Source of the DNA: Eledone cirrhosa
Lineage: Eukaryota
Assembly: GCA_964016885.1 (NCBI GenBank)
Contig: OZ024753.1
Coordinates: forward strand, 46,252,001-46,316,000
Direction of reading: 5' to 3'
DNA length: 64,000 nucleotides
A program made the translations under genes and the position numbers. Below the pieces are notes generated by a model. The model saw only the letters and a program-made list of their open reading frames with translations. It ran no database searches and had not been told where the DNA came from. Positions 42,149-57,321 of this stretch are shown here, in pieces (positions within the stretch are counted from its first letter, which is position 1; each line of letters starts with the position of its first letter).

Positions 42149-43392
42149 TCATATATATATATATATTCATCTTTTTCACGTCCATATTATTTCTTTCTTC
42201 ATCACTTTCCCTCTTTCTCTAAGTTTCATTCGTTGAGTCTTATCTTAATGTTTTATTCTTTGTTTCTCTCGTTTTTTCATTCACCCATTTATTATTCTAG
42301 CAAACATTCAGATTTCTTTCTTTAGTTTTTATTTTCTCCGCCTTCCCGCCTTTTTTCCTATTTAATTTTCTTGTTATTTTTGCCACATAATTAAATTAGA
42401 TATTATTTAAAAGAACATAATAAACTTTGATGCTTTCCATTGCAATACATTCTTCGTCTTCTTACATACACCACATACATGTATTGGTGTGTATGTGTCT
42501 GTTCGGTGGGGGGGGGGGTCTGTGTGTGTTTGGGGTGTGTGTCTGTGTGTGTGTGTGTTAGGGGTGTCTGTGTGTGTGTGTGTTGCCTGTAATATAAACT
42601 TCATGTGAGTTTTAGCTGAGATCTCACAATGTTTCTCCTTCAACAAATAATAATCTTATCAATAGAGTTTGTTATCAACTTTATTATATATATAGTTTAA
42701 CTAAAGTTATAGGAAGGTATTATAAATAGGGATTTGAACACACATCGCCAGATTTTATCACGGGAAGCAGTCTGTCTGATGTTCTGACGAGAACATGCTA
42801 GATACACCGAGTAACTGGAAACATTGGATGTTTTGTAATTCAAACCATGTTAAACTATATTAAGCAATAGTTGCCACTTCGAACTATATATAAAACAAAT
42901 GAGTAGAGGAATGTGTGCGTGCGTATGTATCTATGTATATACATATGTAAGTATGTATACATGAAAGTAAGTATGCATGTGTGTATGTAAATGTATATGT
43001 ATGTTTGTACATATGTTTGTATGTTCATATGTATGTATGTATATAAGGTGTGTGTATGCGTGTTGTGTGAAAGTAAAGAGAAAGAACCAGTGCACGCCAG
43101 CGATGTATATGTAAATAAGTGCGAAACTGTGTGTCTATACATATATTTCATTCCATTTATGTTTTCCCCATTAAAAACATGAACATTACACATTCTTATG
43201 TTGCACTGGTGCAGACTTCACATGTTTCCTTTCAATAACAAGAACCGTAGATCATTAGAGAAAAAAATTATACAACTCAGACACGGAAAGATTCTACACA
43301 GAAGAAATTAAACGCTGACATACTCACACGTACACACTCTCGCCTAATCAAGCATCGATACACACATATGTGTGTATATATGTGTATATATA

Positions 43393-43501
<109 letters not shown>

Positions 43502-43728
43502 CTAGGGTACTCAATACTGAATTGTGGCGTCAAATGCAACTCAATATATATAGAGAGAATTCAAGATGGCTACAAAGTGTTTCCGGTAAATATATTTACA
43601 CTCTACATTACACAATTGTCACGTCACATGGATATTGGAGGTGGAAAGTAATTTAGAACTATGGCGTAATTTAACGACATAATTTGTAGACACCTTACAC
43701 CCGAGCTATCTAATTCTCTCTCTCTCTC

Positions 43729-43793
<65 letters not shown>

Positions 43794-44204
43794 GCACACA
43801 CAAGCACATGTACAGACAAATAACCCTATACAGAATGAATAATTAAAGATATATATGGCTTTCTAAATTATCAAATGTATACTGTACTTCAGATACAATA
43901 CTAATTTAAATATACGAACCATCACCATATTTATTACACACACACACGCATATATATACTCACTTTTCTTCAGATAACCCATAACACATTTAATCAGTAG
44001 AATAGCGGGAAGTCTTTTAGCCGGAAACATATGTACATATGTCTTGTTTATACAAACAATAAATATATAAACAACATAAAAGAATGTGAAATACACACCA
44101 CTACCTGTGTATGTATATATGTGTGTGCATGCATCTATATATGTGTGTGTGTGCATGCATCTATATATGAGTGTGTGTACATAAGTACATAAATTGATAA
44201 AGAG

Positions 44205-44513
44205 TGAATTAGCAGTATTGGTAGAGGATCAGACACGCTTTCCAGCGTAGTTACGTCCCTTTACAATCTGAGTTCAAATCCCGCCAAGGTTAACTTTGCC
44301 TTTCATCCTTACGGGGTCGATAAAATAAAGTACCAGTAATGTAATTGTGATTGCCTCGCCTTGTGCCAAAAGTAGAAACAATTATTTGATAAAGAGTTAC
44401 GGCCCTTTATAGTCTGAGTTCAAATCCCGCCGAGGTTAACTTTGCCTTTCATCCTTACAGGTTCGATATGCACTGGGATAATTGCTGGCCTTGTGCCAAA
44501 AATAGAAACAATT
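44205..44513 (+). mobile_element. Two tandem SINE family A copies (near full-length, then 5'-truncated)
   Basis: ctgagttcaaatcccgcc(a/g)aggttaactttgcctttcatccttac occurs twice (~44268 and ~44414), each followed by ccttgtgccaaaa.tagaaacaatt. Confidence 0.88.
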
Positions 44514-45029
44514 GTTGAAAGTCTCTGGATTTCGCAAAATACATAATATTTTTTATTGGGGAAGGTAAGATATTTTTCCGCAAAAATTTGATTGCACTGT
44601 TTTGTTTCCACTTATGTATTTTTTTTTTAATGTTATTTATTCTTTATAAAAATTAAATGATAGCATTCTATATGTAGGTGGGCCCCTTTCATCTCCTGGC
44701 AACCAATATTTTTAGACCCAATCCGCCACTGCTAATGGATGTATGTATGTGTTTGTGTATATGTGTAGGTATGGTTGTTATTTCATGTGTTGATCTGTTT
44801 GTTTTAAGTTATATGTATACACATGCATATGGTTCTGTATCTATACATGTGTATATCCTTCCTTCTCTGTCCCATATCACTATATATGATATGCTCACGA
44901 TTCGTCGATCGGTAAGGCCACAAATCAGAGAAGTTCTCCATACACGATTAGTTGCAGAGTAAATGAAGGTATACGAATATACCCTCTCTCCCTTGTCTTT
45001 CTCTCTCTCTCCCCCTTTCTCTACATATA

Positions 45030-45102
<73 letters not shown>

Positions 45103-46271
45103 GGATGTATGGATCTGCTTGAGCTTTCTCTTCTAATTGCATTACATCATTTAGTCTATATTGTTAAATGAGACAAATTTAACAACTACATCAAAGTGAA
45201 AGAGAGGGTGAAGAAGTTTAATCTTTAAGTTTAAAATCACCTAAACATGATGGGGAAAGAAATAATATTGCTTGAAAAAGCAAAGCCTCGTTGCATGTGA
45301 TGTCAACGTGACAATCTGATGAATTCAAAATCTAAATTCTGTCTTCAAAAGTTATTTCCAAGTTAAACACTTTGTCAGAAATCAAATCAAGAAATTAAGC
45401 TATTTAAAATAAGATAAGCACCTGTTTGAAGAGGCATTATGAAGATGTAAATAAAACATACAAACATACAAAAGTAAAATACAATAAATCGTGTTTATGG
45501 ATCCATGAGGGAAATGAGAAGCAATAGATTCACACGTTCGTTTCTTGGATTGGATTCCGTAGACAATTGAAATATATTTATGCTATAATTTTAAGTAAAA
45601 ATCGTGTCCTGCATGTTTTGTGATATATCCGTAGCCACTGTGTTGTGCTGAGATCAAATCTCTATTGGGTTCATACTATTGATATATATTTATTCCTCTA
45701 GAGCTGAAATCGAGAAAAATCAATGATGTTTTCTTATCACCTCATATCATTATCACATATTCTAGATCTAAATATTTCCAAACTTGTTGTGCAATATATT
45801 TCAAAGAAAATCATGATGTATACATACACGTACAAATGTATACGAGGTCTACATACACGTACAAACATACGTACAACATACATGATGGCTGAAACTCGAT
45901 TTCGAGTAATGGCTTCGCTAGATACTTACGCATGAGCATCACGGACGTGGCTTTTTAGTCCTGCTAGGGACTTGACTATGGCCAGCAATACCATATTAAG
46001 TCATATCAAGCGATGCCTGTGCTTGAAGCTTTTTTAAGTGAGGAAAGACTTTGCACGGGACGAATCCCACTCTCTGAACATCGAATACATTTACCTAAAA
46101 AGATGAACTGGTCTACATAATTACACACACACATAAACTAGGTTACTGGATACGAATATTATTAAAATACATGATTTGAATTCTGGAACAAACAACACAA
46201 GGCATCTCGTACGACACTAAAGTGATTTCGGCAGATCACCCTCAACTGCTGATTTCCTAACGAACATTGAA

Positions 46272-46464
46272 AGGGTGAGATGGTGAAGTTACCCAGGGTG
46301 AGATGGTGAAGTTACCCAGGGTGAGATGGTGAAGTTACCCAGAGTGAGATGGTGAAGTTACCCAGGGTGAGATGGTGAAGTTACCCAGGGTGAGATGGTG
46401 AAGTTACCCAGAGTGAGATGGTGAAGTTACCCAGAGTGAGATGGTGAAGTTACCCAGGGTGAGA
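46272..46464. repeat. Minisatellite, ~8.4 x 23-bp unit agggtgagatggtgaagttaccc
   Basis: Directly visible; the agag variant occurs in units 4, 7 and 8. Confidence 0.97.
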
Positions 46465-47733
46465 CTTGATCTATAAACACAAACACCTGAAATATATACT
46501 TCAGTGTATGTACTTTCAGCACTCTAACGACACCACAACATCGCTGCACTGAAAGAAAGTTTAAACAACAAAATATAAACGACGTTCTTTGTCTCTCACT
46601 TTTTCTCTCTTTCTAACTATATATCTCACTCCCCTTCTCTCTCTCTCCAATTATTCTATGTATTCCTTTACCTATCTTCTTTTCTTTCTCCGGAAACTTC
46701 AGGAGCCAAACAAAACTAACCATAATGAACTAGGTCGCAGTCATATACCTACACAAACATACAATATATTCAATACACGTGTGTTTAGAACACAATACAC
46801 TTTTATATTATGCATAATTAATTCATTTGATATACTATATATACACACACACATATACACATATATATATAATTATTAATATATATATATATAATGAGAA
46901 GCAAACAGAATTCTCTGCAGCAAAAAAGCGAGAATGAAACTAAACATAATTAAATATTTAGAACTTCAAGATGAATCAGACATAGTATGAGGGCAGCTGC
47001 TTAAAGAAGACATAGCGACAAAAATATTATACTTATATAAATATATTACATATATATATATATATATATATATTAATACTTATATATATATATATGTGTG
47101 TGTATATATACATACATATTCATATACATGTGATCGGAGCTAGAGTGAGATTATGTATATATATATATATATATATATATAACAGCATTTTAAATATTTT
47201 TTACTGGTTGACTCGATTATTGATTGATAAATGGTAGCTGTATTAATTTGTTGCTGATGACCATAATTAATTTGAGAGATATATCAATAATATTGATGTC
47301 TTATTGAATGATTTGATGATCGTTATGTCACTGATCATATTAATCTTTTGGTGATAATCCTAAGAATCTGTTCAATGTTACCATTACATTACTGATTCGG
47401 TAGATAAATACTCTACACCTGTTAACCCCAGTTAGCATTGAGTATGACAGTCTGTGGCCCGGTGTTGTACTAACTAACATGCATGTGTGCATCACCTCGA
47501 GGTGTTGTGATTTAGTGAATCAATTTGTATATATATATACAAAGGACTTTGACGAATGAATGCATAACGAGCAATAAAGATAAAGTGAAAGTCCTATGAT
47601 GCGTGAGTTTATCTTTATTGGCAATACTGGCAACATGGCCGTTCCCAAATATAACAATATATAATAAAATGTTGCAGTTTGCTTGAAGCATTGTATATAA
47701 TATATAACGTTGAAAGAGATAGAAGGTTAACAA

Positions 47734-47862
47734 ACAAACAAACCAAAGACAAGACAGTACCTCTGGTCCAGACGAGGTCACAGCGACTGACAAACAAACC
47801 AAAGACAAGACAGTACCTCTGGTCGAGCCGAGGTCACAGCGTCTGACAAACAAGACAAAGTA
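47734..47862. repeat. 56-bp direct duplication plus a partial third copy
   Basis: acaaacaaaccaaagacaagacagtacctctggtc...gaggtcacagcg.ctg at 47734 and 47790. Confidence 0.9.
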
Positions 47863-48034
47863 CTGTCCGTGGAGTAAAAGATGAGACAAAACCAATAACT
47901 TATAAGCAATTGAGACACAACAGTTACACCTGAGATTACATTTGATGACTAGGAGAAGGTATTGTGCTTTTCATAGCAACTATAGTCTCGTGAGACTAAA
48001 GGGAAATGAGGTGAAACGAGAAGTGGGGAGAGCG

Positions 48035-48089
<55 letters not shown>

Positions 48090-48231
48090 ATTCTTGGAGG
48101 AATTTCATTCTCTAGTCACATTGACTACGACTGGAGTATTAAACAAATAAATAGAAATGTATGTACGTATATGTTGAGCTATGTATGTATATATATATAT
48201 ATATGTATATGTGTGTATGCGTGTGTATATA

Positions 48232-48330
48232 AAGGGTGTCCCCCAAAAATGTATACACACTTCAAAAACATTCTAATATATATTGCCTGTACAGGTAATC
48301 AAAGTGTGTATACATTTTGGGGACACCCTA
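48232..48330. mobile_element. Tc1/mariner-type MITE (~100 bp) with TA flanks
   Basis: TIRs agggtgtcccccaaaaatgtatacacactt / aagtgtgtatacattttggggacaccct, with TA on both sides. Confidence 0.8.
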
Positions 48331-48579
48331 TATATGTAAATGTAATATAATGTATGCGTATTCCTAAAATACGTCAGTGTATAGATAACATCAGTTGCAG
48401 TTGAATATGTAATAATACTTCAACATACATGGCACGTATATATATACACATTACACATACATGGCACGTATATATACACATTATATCTCACCTGAATTTC
48501 CACTAAAGTGCAAACCTATTTATGCAATAGAATATTCGAAGCAAATATTAGTATTTGCTAAAGCTTTGGAAATTATGTG

Positions 48580-48835
48580 GCGATGGTGATGGTGCTGGTG
48601 GCGGTGGTGGCGGTGGTGGTGGTGGTGGCGGCGGCGGTGGTGGCGGTGGCGGTGGTGGCGATGGTGGCGGTGGTGGTGGTGGCGGCGGCGGTGGTGGTGG
48701 TGGTGGTGGTGGTGGTGGTGATGGTGGTGGTGGTGGTGGTGGTGTTGGTGGTGGTTGTGATGGTGGTGGCGGTGGTGGTGGCGATGGTGGTGGTGGCGGT
48801 GGTGGTGGTGGTGGCGGTGGCGGTGGCGGTGGTGA
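48580..48835. repeat. (GGT/GGC)n trinucleotide tract
   Basis: Directly visible; explains the poly-G and poly-P ORFs. Confidence 0.95.
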
Positions 48836-49818
48836 GGCGGGGGAGAGAGGCAAAGTGAAAGTGATAGAGAGGAAGAGAAAATATACTGACATAGAGACCT
48901 GTAGAAAGAGAGAGAGTGAGAGAATGAGAGAGAGAGTGAGAGATAGAGAGATAGAGAGAATGAGAGAGAGAGTATGAGAGAGAGAGAGAGAATTATACAG
49001 GCATAAAGTCATGTAGAGAGAAAGAGAGAGAAAGAGAAAAAGTGAAGAATATAATAATCAACGAGAGAAAGTGTATGTTTGTGTGAGAGAGAGTATGAGT
49101 ATCTGTCTGTGAGAGAGAGAGTGGTGTGCGTGTGTGGGGGGGGGGGGGGACACTCTGAAGATTAAAGAAAGAAAATAACAAAAAATAATTTAGTTTCCAA
49201 CCATATAAGGGTATTTTTCCATGAGAAGCTACCTGAAAGTGCTCAATATTTTGGGCAAGTCAGTTGAGTCAGGTTGACATGCAGATAAACAAGACAGTTT
49301 AGTAGTGGAATCTTTCATTTAAATTTTTTACAACATTTTTTCAAATTGTACACTAACCAATTTTAAAAGTTAGATCTAGAAATGTTGCATCTAAAAATAA
49401 AACAAAAAAGATTATAGGATGGTCATCGCATGAAAACGTTGGAAGAGGTCTCAGGCTAAATGTCCCCATTAAGAAACTAAGTGTAAAATTCGATTAGAAA
49501 ATATTTCAGTTTTACGCCCACCCGACACCAATGACCCATTGGTTTAAGGAATTTACTAGAAGACAATTTCTGTACTACATTAGATTATCTTGTGTCATTT
49601 GCAGAGAATTAAATTTATTTCCGTTTCTCACGTTGCTTTGTTTTCTTTTTGGAACGCCATTTTTATTATCTGTCATTCGTATTTGACTAATGCTTGACAA
49701 AGTGTTTTTAGGTTTCCAACTCGTTTAACTCTACTGTCAACCGAATTAATTGTGTTAAGATACTCAGAAGTAAGGAATTCCTTAAACCAAACATCTCTCT
49801 GATCTTTACACAAGAGGC

Positions 49819-50010
49819 ATGTGAAGATACGCACACAAAAGATATGTGAACACACATATACATATACAAGAGTTATGTGAAGATACACACACAAAAGCTA
49901 TGTGAAGATACACACACAAAAGCTATGTGAAGACACACACACAGGTATATACATACACAAGGGCTATGTGAAAATACATACACACACAAAAAGCTCTGTG
50001 AGGACACCCA
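49819..50010. repeat. Diverged 25-bp tandem repeat tatgtgaagatacacacacaaaagc
   Basis: Directly visible. Confidence 0.8.
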
Positions 50011-50802
50011 AACTCTGTACAAGAATATACACAAACACCCACGACATGATGGTTCAAATATACAACCCCAAACACACAAAGGTGCCACACGTAAACAGAC
50101 ATATACATGAGTAAACAAAATAATGTTTCAAACACGAAATGTCATTTAAAGTTTAGTATTTGTGACAGCAGAATCTCAATTCAACTACATCTAATTATTA
50201 GATGCTTCAGTTGTAAAGAAATGCTTCTCTATTTTACTAAGTTTGTTTATGTTGGTTGTCTGTTCTGATAGGATTTCTCAATTCTTTAAAGGTTAATTCA
50301 ATTTACACAGTAGTAAGACTCAGACTGCCGAACGACGTATTTCCAACAGCTATGACATTCATTCACACTTAAAACTACTTATTTTGACACGAAATCTTTT
50401 GCTAGTCACAAGTTAACCAAAGTACATAGTAAACGCTGCGAGATTTGCACTATTAATGTACACAGAATCGGCAATCTTTAGATAACTTATGGCACCAGAC
50501 TAAGATAATTCGACAGACAAAGGTGCTTTGAAATTTGTATGACAGGGTAGACACAATCTTTGTATTATTTGTAAATCTCCTGGATAAATACTTTATAAAG
50601 ACGTTCAGGGTTACATTGTTGACATTTATGTAGAATATATATATATATTATTGTGACTCTTAATATTTGTAAAACTTTAAAATCTGAAATTAAGATTGTT
50701 ATACCAACTTTATTATTAATTGGACATTTTAGAATCAACAACTCCATATAGTGTCAACATCATGCTTACAGCTACGTCCCTCTTTTTCTTCTTCTAATAA
50801 TA

Positions 50803-51125
50803 ATAATTGTTTCTACTTTAGGCACAAGGCCAGCAATTACCCAGTACATTACTGGTACTTTATTTTATCGACCCCGTAAGGATGAAAGGCAAAGTTAACC
50901 TCGGTGGGATTTAATAATAATGATGGTTTCTGGTTTAGACGCAATGCCAACAGTGTTACGAGAGGGGGAAGTCGATTATATCGACCCCAGTACGTTACTG
51001 GTACTTTATTTTATGAAGAAAAGCAAAGCTAACTTCGATTAAATTTGAACTCAGGACGTAAAGGGTCGTAGTTATATGCTACAAAGTATGTTGTCGGGCA
51101 CTCTACCGACTCTGCCAATCTACCA
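50803..51125 (-). mobile_element. Two adjacent SINE family A copies
   Basis: aattgtttctactttaggcacaaggccagcaattacccag...ccccgtaaggatgaaaggcaaagttaacctcgg is the reverse complement of family A. A second, older copy ends ctctaccgactctgccaatc. Confidence 0.85.
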
Positions 51126-52171
51126 TCCAATGCTCTACCAGTTGGTAAAAATTAAAAAAATATGATAAAAATATGAAAGCAGAAAATAAAGACATCATCA
51201 TAAATTGTTTATTCCAAAGTCTTTTGACGGGATTAAAAGTGTTAGCATCATTCAGTGTTGATTATCTTGAAGATATGTTTAACATCCATGAATTTCGTGT
51301 TAATTAGAGGCCTGTATCATCTAACTGAAGAGAATTGTTGTAAAGGAGAGCAAAAGATATTCACATCACATAAACAATACTTCGACACAGAAATTGAGTG
51401 TTAAGTCTTCGCGTCAAGAATAATTCTACCTTAATTAAGTAAAAATCTGTCAGAATCTATTTTAGACTGAATATGTATTAAGTCGACTCATTACTTCAAA
51501 TACCAAGACTCTGATATGAAGGTGACGTTTAATATTTTGTACGTGCACACTAATATACACATACATACACGCACACATACACATACATACGCATACAGAG
51601 ACACAGACACACCAACAAATATATACACACAGACATACAAACACTTACACAGAGATACAAACACATACATACATACAGAGACACAAACATATGCAGACAC
51701 ACACACACACACAATCACATACAGACACACAAGAAAAACACACGCAGACACACACAATAACATACAGACACACAAGAAAACACACAGAGACACACACACA
51801 ATCACATACATACACACAAGAAAAACACACACACAGACATACACTCACACAAAGAAACAAATGTTAAAGCTAACAAATGTTGACATTGCTCCATCGTCCG
51901 TATACACACACATACATACACACATATTCATTCATACATATAAACAAACATAAACAAACACACACATACATAGTAAAGTATCAACCACAATTATATATAC
52001 ACACAAACACAGTGGTAAGAAACTCCTGGGGGGGGGGGGGGGGGCTGGATAACAGAAGATCTTCAGAGGGGTCCCCCACCTCAAGCAAGTTTGGTCCTTA
52101 ACAAATATATATAAGGTCAGAATAATTGCGGTAATTTCGATATCTTTAATATCGTATTATTATTAAGTGGT

Positions 52172-52360
52172 GGTGGATTGGCAGTATCGGTAGAGGGTCG
52201 GACGCCATGCTTTGCAGCACAGAGTTACGGCTCTTGCCATTCTGAGTTCAAATCCCGCCAAGGTTAACTTTGCCTTTCATCCTTACGGGGTCGATAAAAT
52301 AAAGTTCCAGTAATGCACTGGGTAATTGCTGGCCTTGTGCCAAAAGTAGAAACAATTATT
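52172..52360 (+). mobile_element. Full-length SINE family A copy with an apparent target-site duplication
   Basis: A-box-like tggcagtatcgg, B-box gagttcaaatc, core and tail; attattattaagt(g/a)gtggtg is present on both sides. Confidence 0.88.
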
Positions 52361-54191
52361 ATTAAGTAGTGGTGCTGGTGATAGTAGTAGTAGTAGTAGT
52401 TCTTATATATAACCTTGTAGCTACTAATTACTTTCTGTGGAGTTTTACTGTCTTTCCTTCATTTAAGATTCTATCAAACGTCCGACATTTTCAGTGATTG
52501 TTGTTTTTGTTTTGGTTGTTGGAATTCTTTGCCATATTTTTTCTCCGAGTTCCTTTCTGTACTTGATTAACGCTGGGATTTATTTCTGTAGTATGTGTGT
52601 GTGTCTATGTATGTGTGTGTGAGTACGTTTGTATGTGTATGTGTGTATAAGGAGTGTATGTGTGTCTGTATAAGTGTATGTGCGTGTGTATGTGTAAGTG
52701 CATGTGGGTATGTATATGTGTGAGTGCTTGTGTCTATGTGCCTATTTGTGTAAGTGTGTGTGTGTGTATCTGTGCGGGTATATGTGCATTTGTGTGTGAC
52801 TGAGTCCATGCAAGTGTGTAGCTGTATGTGCTAGTATTGCAAGTGTGTGTCTGTGTAAGCATTTGTATGTCTGTACGTGAATATGTACATGTGTATGTAT
52901 GTGTGTATAAGCGTATGTATGTGTACGCGTATGTGTATATGTGAGTGTGTACATCCATGACTTTGTATATGTGTGTAAACATTGTTTTGGCTGGTTGTAT
53001 TGCAAGTCTGTCTCTGGTTTACATCAAGTCCACTGTCTGATTCAGTCATATACTGAGGAAGTAGGATGGGGAGTAATAGAGGTGGGGGATGAGGGGACGA
53101 GTGGGGGGAGGGAGAGGAAGAGAAGAAGAATCCGTTTTATGTAATTTAGAGGAAGTATATTGTTTTTGTATATCTTGGCAAGATTGTTCTTCAATCTGGA
53201 ATGACCTGCAGTACTAACAAACATTTCAATAAATACACACACGTGTATATGTGTATATATAGTTATATATATACACACACATATTTATATATATATGTGT
53301 GTGCGTACGTGTGTGTGTGGCTGTTTGTATATGTGTGCGTGTGTGTGTAACTGTTTAAATGCACTTGCTGTCTTTAGGAAGATATATTTACTTTAACTTA
53401 ACCGGTTTCACAATTTAGGGATTTTCAAAGTAGAAGCGACTTAGTGGAGTGCAAGAATTGGAAAGTGATTAAAAGAGATAAGAAATATACACAAATATTT
53501 GAATGGTAATATATCGAACCGGATGTAAGGAAAAGTACACAAAATTCAGTGATAACTGAATGCTTTCGTTATATAAATACAATTCTGTGTCTTTGTGTTT
53601 GTGTATGTGTGTGAATTTGTTTATTTGTGTATGAATGCGTGTGTGTGTGTGAGTCTGTGCATGTTTCTATGTATATACGTATTTATTGGTATGCTGAAAA
53701 TAGATGACAAGGTAGATAGAGAAATATATGTTTCCTTCTAATTATATTGATTATAGATAAAATAATTTCATTTCTTAATAAAATAATAATTAATGAATTC
53801 GAGTTATCGATAGAACTCGGAATTTTACAAGTTTTTCTATGGAATATTAAGATGAATATTCCCAATTACTACATCTGACGCCAGAAAAACTTCACTAACT
53901 TTGATTTTAAAGAATAGTTGAGAAACATTGGTGAGATAACTAACATTCAGTAACGACATCTAGTGTTGGAAATTAGAGAAGCAGTTTTTTTTTTAATCAT
54001 AATCAAACAAGGTATTGATGAATTGGCAGAATCGATAGAAATCAGGGAAACAAAACTCTGACTTCCAGACACATATCCACACAAACATACATACTTACTT
54101 ACACGCCACACACCCACATATATAGATATATATACCTTCATTAGTTCATATAGTGTTGTAGAGTGTGTTGTAGAGTGCAAGCAAGCATGCT

Positions 54192-54245
<54 letters not shown>

Positions 54246-54264
54246 TAGATAGATAGATAGATAG

Positions 54265-54300
<36 letters not shown>

Positions 54301-54916
54301 GCATTATATGCGATAAAATCTTTCTATCCGGTATGTTTAACACAATATATAAACCTTTCTCTAGTCGTTGAAGTGTGAAGAATCTATTGGAAAATGCAGC
54401 TCAGTCAAGGATATGAAGAAGTCATTGGATGGTCGCGTTACTATAATCCTGGCCCATCAAAGCTAACTCTGTAAATAACCACACCAACAACAACAACAAC
54501 AAATACAATAATGACGACACCAGCAAAATCAACGATATCACCAAAACAAAACAAAAACAACAGCGACAACAAAATCAACCATATTACAATATATATCACT
54601 AGGGCCAAGGATTAATTCTGGTTTATGTAGATTTTACAAAGATATATGATAAATCCTTTATTGAATGAAGGAAAATAAATCTTTGTGAGAGAATTCTCCC
54701 GAAAAAAACCAAGTTAGTATCTCTAGTCAGTTTCTGATCTTAATTAAAACTTCCCTTCATAGAAATTGTTCCGAGTTTTATCGATAATTATGTGTGAGTT
54801 ACTTTTTCTTTAAGCAGAAAAAATTTGATATTTTGTTTCGTTATTTCAGCAAACTTTTGCTTTCTCACTGCTACAACCATCTATTACATGATATAAATAT
54901 ATTAATACTTATATAG

Positions 54917-54991
<75 letters not shown>

Positions 54992-55152
54992 GGGGGGGGA
55001 GCTTGTGTGATTACAAATCTACTTTCATTTTTTTTAAAATTCACAATTGCTATTCTTTTCCGCATTCTTTCCATTCGTATGTATATATATATATATATAC
55101 ATATATGTATATATATAAACAAATATACACATACACACACACAAACATGTCT

Positions 55153-55188
<36 letters not shown>

Positions 55189-55306
55189 GATTTCTATGCT
55201 ACAAATGTTCACGAATTTATCTCTATACATCTCTGATGGTTCTTTCTCTTTCTATCGCTTTTCTTAACAAGCCCCTGTCTCCTCTTTAACACACTCTCTC
55301 TCCCTT

Positions 55307-55350
<44 letters not shown>

Positions 55351-56265
55351 GTACACATCACCTCACACCCCACCAACGCCACATTATATAAGTCTCCACA
55401 TTTGTATGCATATGACGGTTTTAAACGGGAAATAAATCTATGGAAGTTGTTGCATGTTAAATACACAACAGATTCCAACTATAGAAAATTAATTTCTCTG
55501 TAATTGCATACATGTGTCTACATACATAAACCTAAACACACATGTGTATATACACATATTTTAGTATGCAGGTATGGATATATTTGTATCTCTCTATCAA
55601 TCTATATATATATATATTTATTTTTCTATCTATCTATTTATCTATGTATGTATGTTTACATATATATATATATTTATATTGTAAATAGTTACTGCCCACC
55701 GGCCGAGATCATGCCGTGTATGTGTTCTCAGCAGAGCTGGTCTGCTAGAGTACGGGTTGCAGGTGGCAGAGAGCGATACGACCGCCAGATATGATGGATA
55801 GTTGTGATATAAGCAAAACATATACTGCAGTCTCCACAAAACCTCGCATAATCTGACTAATTTTTGTTAATGAGATCCTGGCTAGAGGGGAAAGCTCTTA
55901 AGCAGTCTCGACGATTGGCACTTCCATTCTTAGAGAGCTTTTTTTGAACATGTATTCCTTCCAGTAGCATTTCCAAACCAAGGACGTTTTGAAATAATTC
56001 ATGAACCCCAAACAGAGCGTCTTCCAGAACTATATATTGAGACTACCCTCTATAGAATATGATCATTGTTTTCTTCTGGTCGTTGATTGGCTAGTCGGGT
56101 TAAATAGAATGGTGGGAGTGCCTGGCAGCGTTATAGATACCAAACTCCCATCATTGGTTTCAGTTTGATCCAGGACTGCGGCTTCACTAAGGGGATGAGA
56201 TGCATAACACAGGACGCTCCATCGGTTTGTCAACGCCATAATTATGATGATGATCATGATAACAG

Positions 56266-56477
56266 TAATTGTTTCTACTTTAGGCACAAGGCCAGCAATT
56301 TGAAGTGGGAATCGATTAAATCAAACTCATTGTATTACTAGTACTTTATTTTATCAACCCCGTAAGGATGAAAGGCAAAGCTAACCTCGGAGGGATTTGA
56401 ACTCAAAACGAAAAGAGACCTAACTCTGCTGCAAAGCAAGGTGTCCGACGCTCTACCGATTCTACCAATCCACTGCC
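56266..56477 (-). mobile_element. Near full-length SINE family A copy
   Basis: Reverse complement of family A from the tail (aattgtttctactttaggcacaagg) to the head (ctctaccgattctaccaatccac). Confidence 0.85.
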
Positions 56478-56860
56478 CTGATAATGATAATAATAATAAT
56501 AATAATAATAATATCAACGTAGGAAACAAAACGTATTTTTAAAGGATTCCCGACGTTTCTAATTTCAGATACTTGTGTTCTTTCTGCTATTTCCTCTTGA
56601 AGCTTCTTTCTAAGATTCTCCATTGTCTCCGTCTGTTTATAGCTAATTCCTTTACCATTAATACTCACTTCGTGATACTTCTCTGCTTATTGAAATTCTT
56701 TACACATCGCCTTCTCACCATTGTCTTCGGCTTCCACTTTTAGATATTTTCAAGTTTCGGTTGCAGAAAAAAACCCCATTATATATATATATATATATGT
56801 AGAGGAAGATAGAAAGAAAGAGAGAGCGATATATACATACATACATGTACACACACACAA

Positions 56861-56910
<50 letters not shown>

Positions 56911-56934
56911 GCAGACACACAAATATATATATAT

Positions 56935-56965
<31 letters not shown>

Positions 56966-57018
56966 TATATATTATATATATATATTATATATATATATTA
57001 TATATTATATATATATAT

Positions 57019-57087
<69 letters not shown>

Positions 57088-57204
57088 TGTTACTGCGGCG
57101 TTCTTGTTCGTGATGCTATTTTCACCGTTGAGGAGGAGAAGGAAGAGGAGGAGGGTACGAGGAAGATAATGGTTGTTATGATAATGGTTGTTATTCCCTA
57201 CGCC

Positions 57205-57305
57205 TAGTTATGTTCTGAGTTCAAATCCAACAGAGGTTAACTTTGCAATTCGATCTCCCGAAGCCGATAGAATAAACTGCCAATCAAGTACTGCAATCGA
57301 TTTAA
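57205..57305 (+). mobile_element. SINE family A, diverged fragment
   Basis: ttctgagttcaaatccaacagaggttaactttgc. Confidence 0.7.
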
Positions 57306-57321
57306 TGTACGTATGTGTGTC

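Noticed and set aside
48548-49012. Poly-Pro/poly-Gly ORFs (also 22897-23320 and 37022-38087)
   Set aside because: Trinucleotide microsatellites with no splice context or unique domain.
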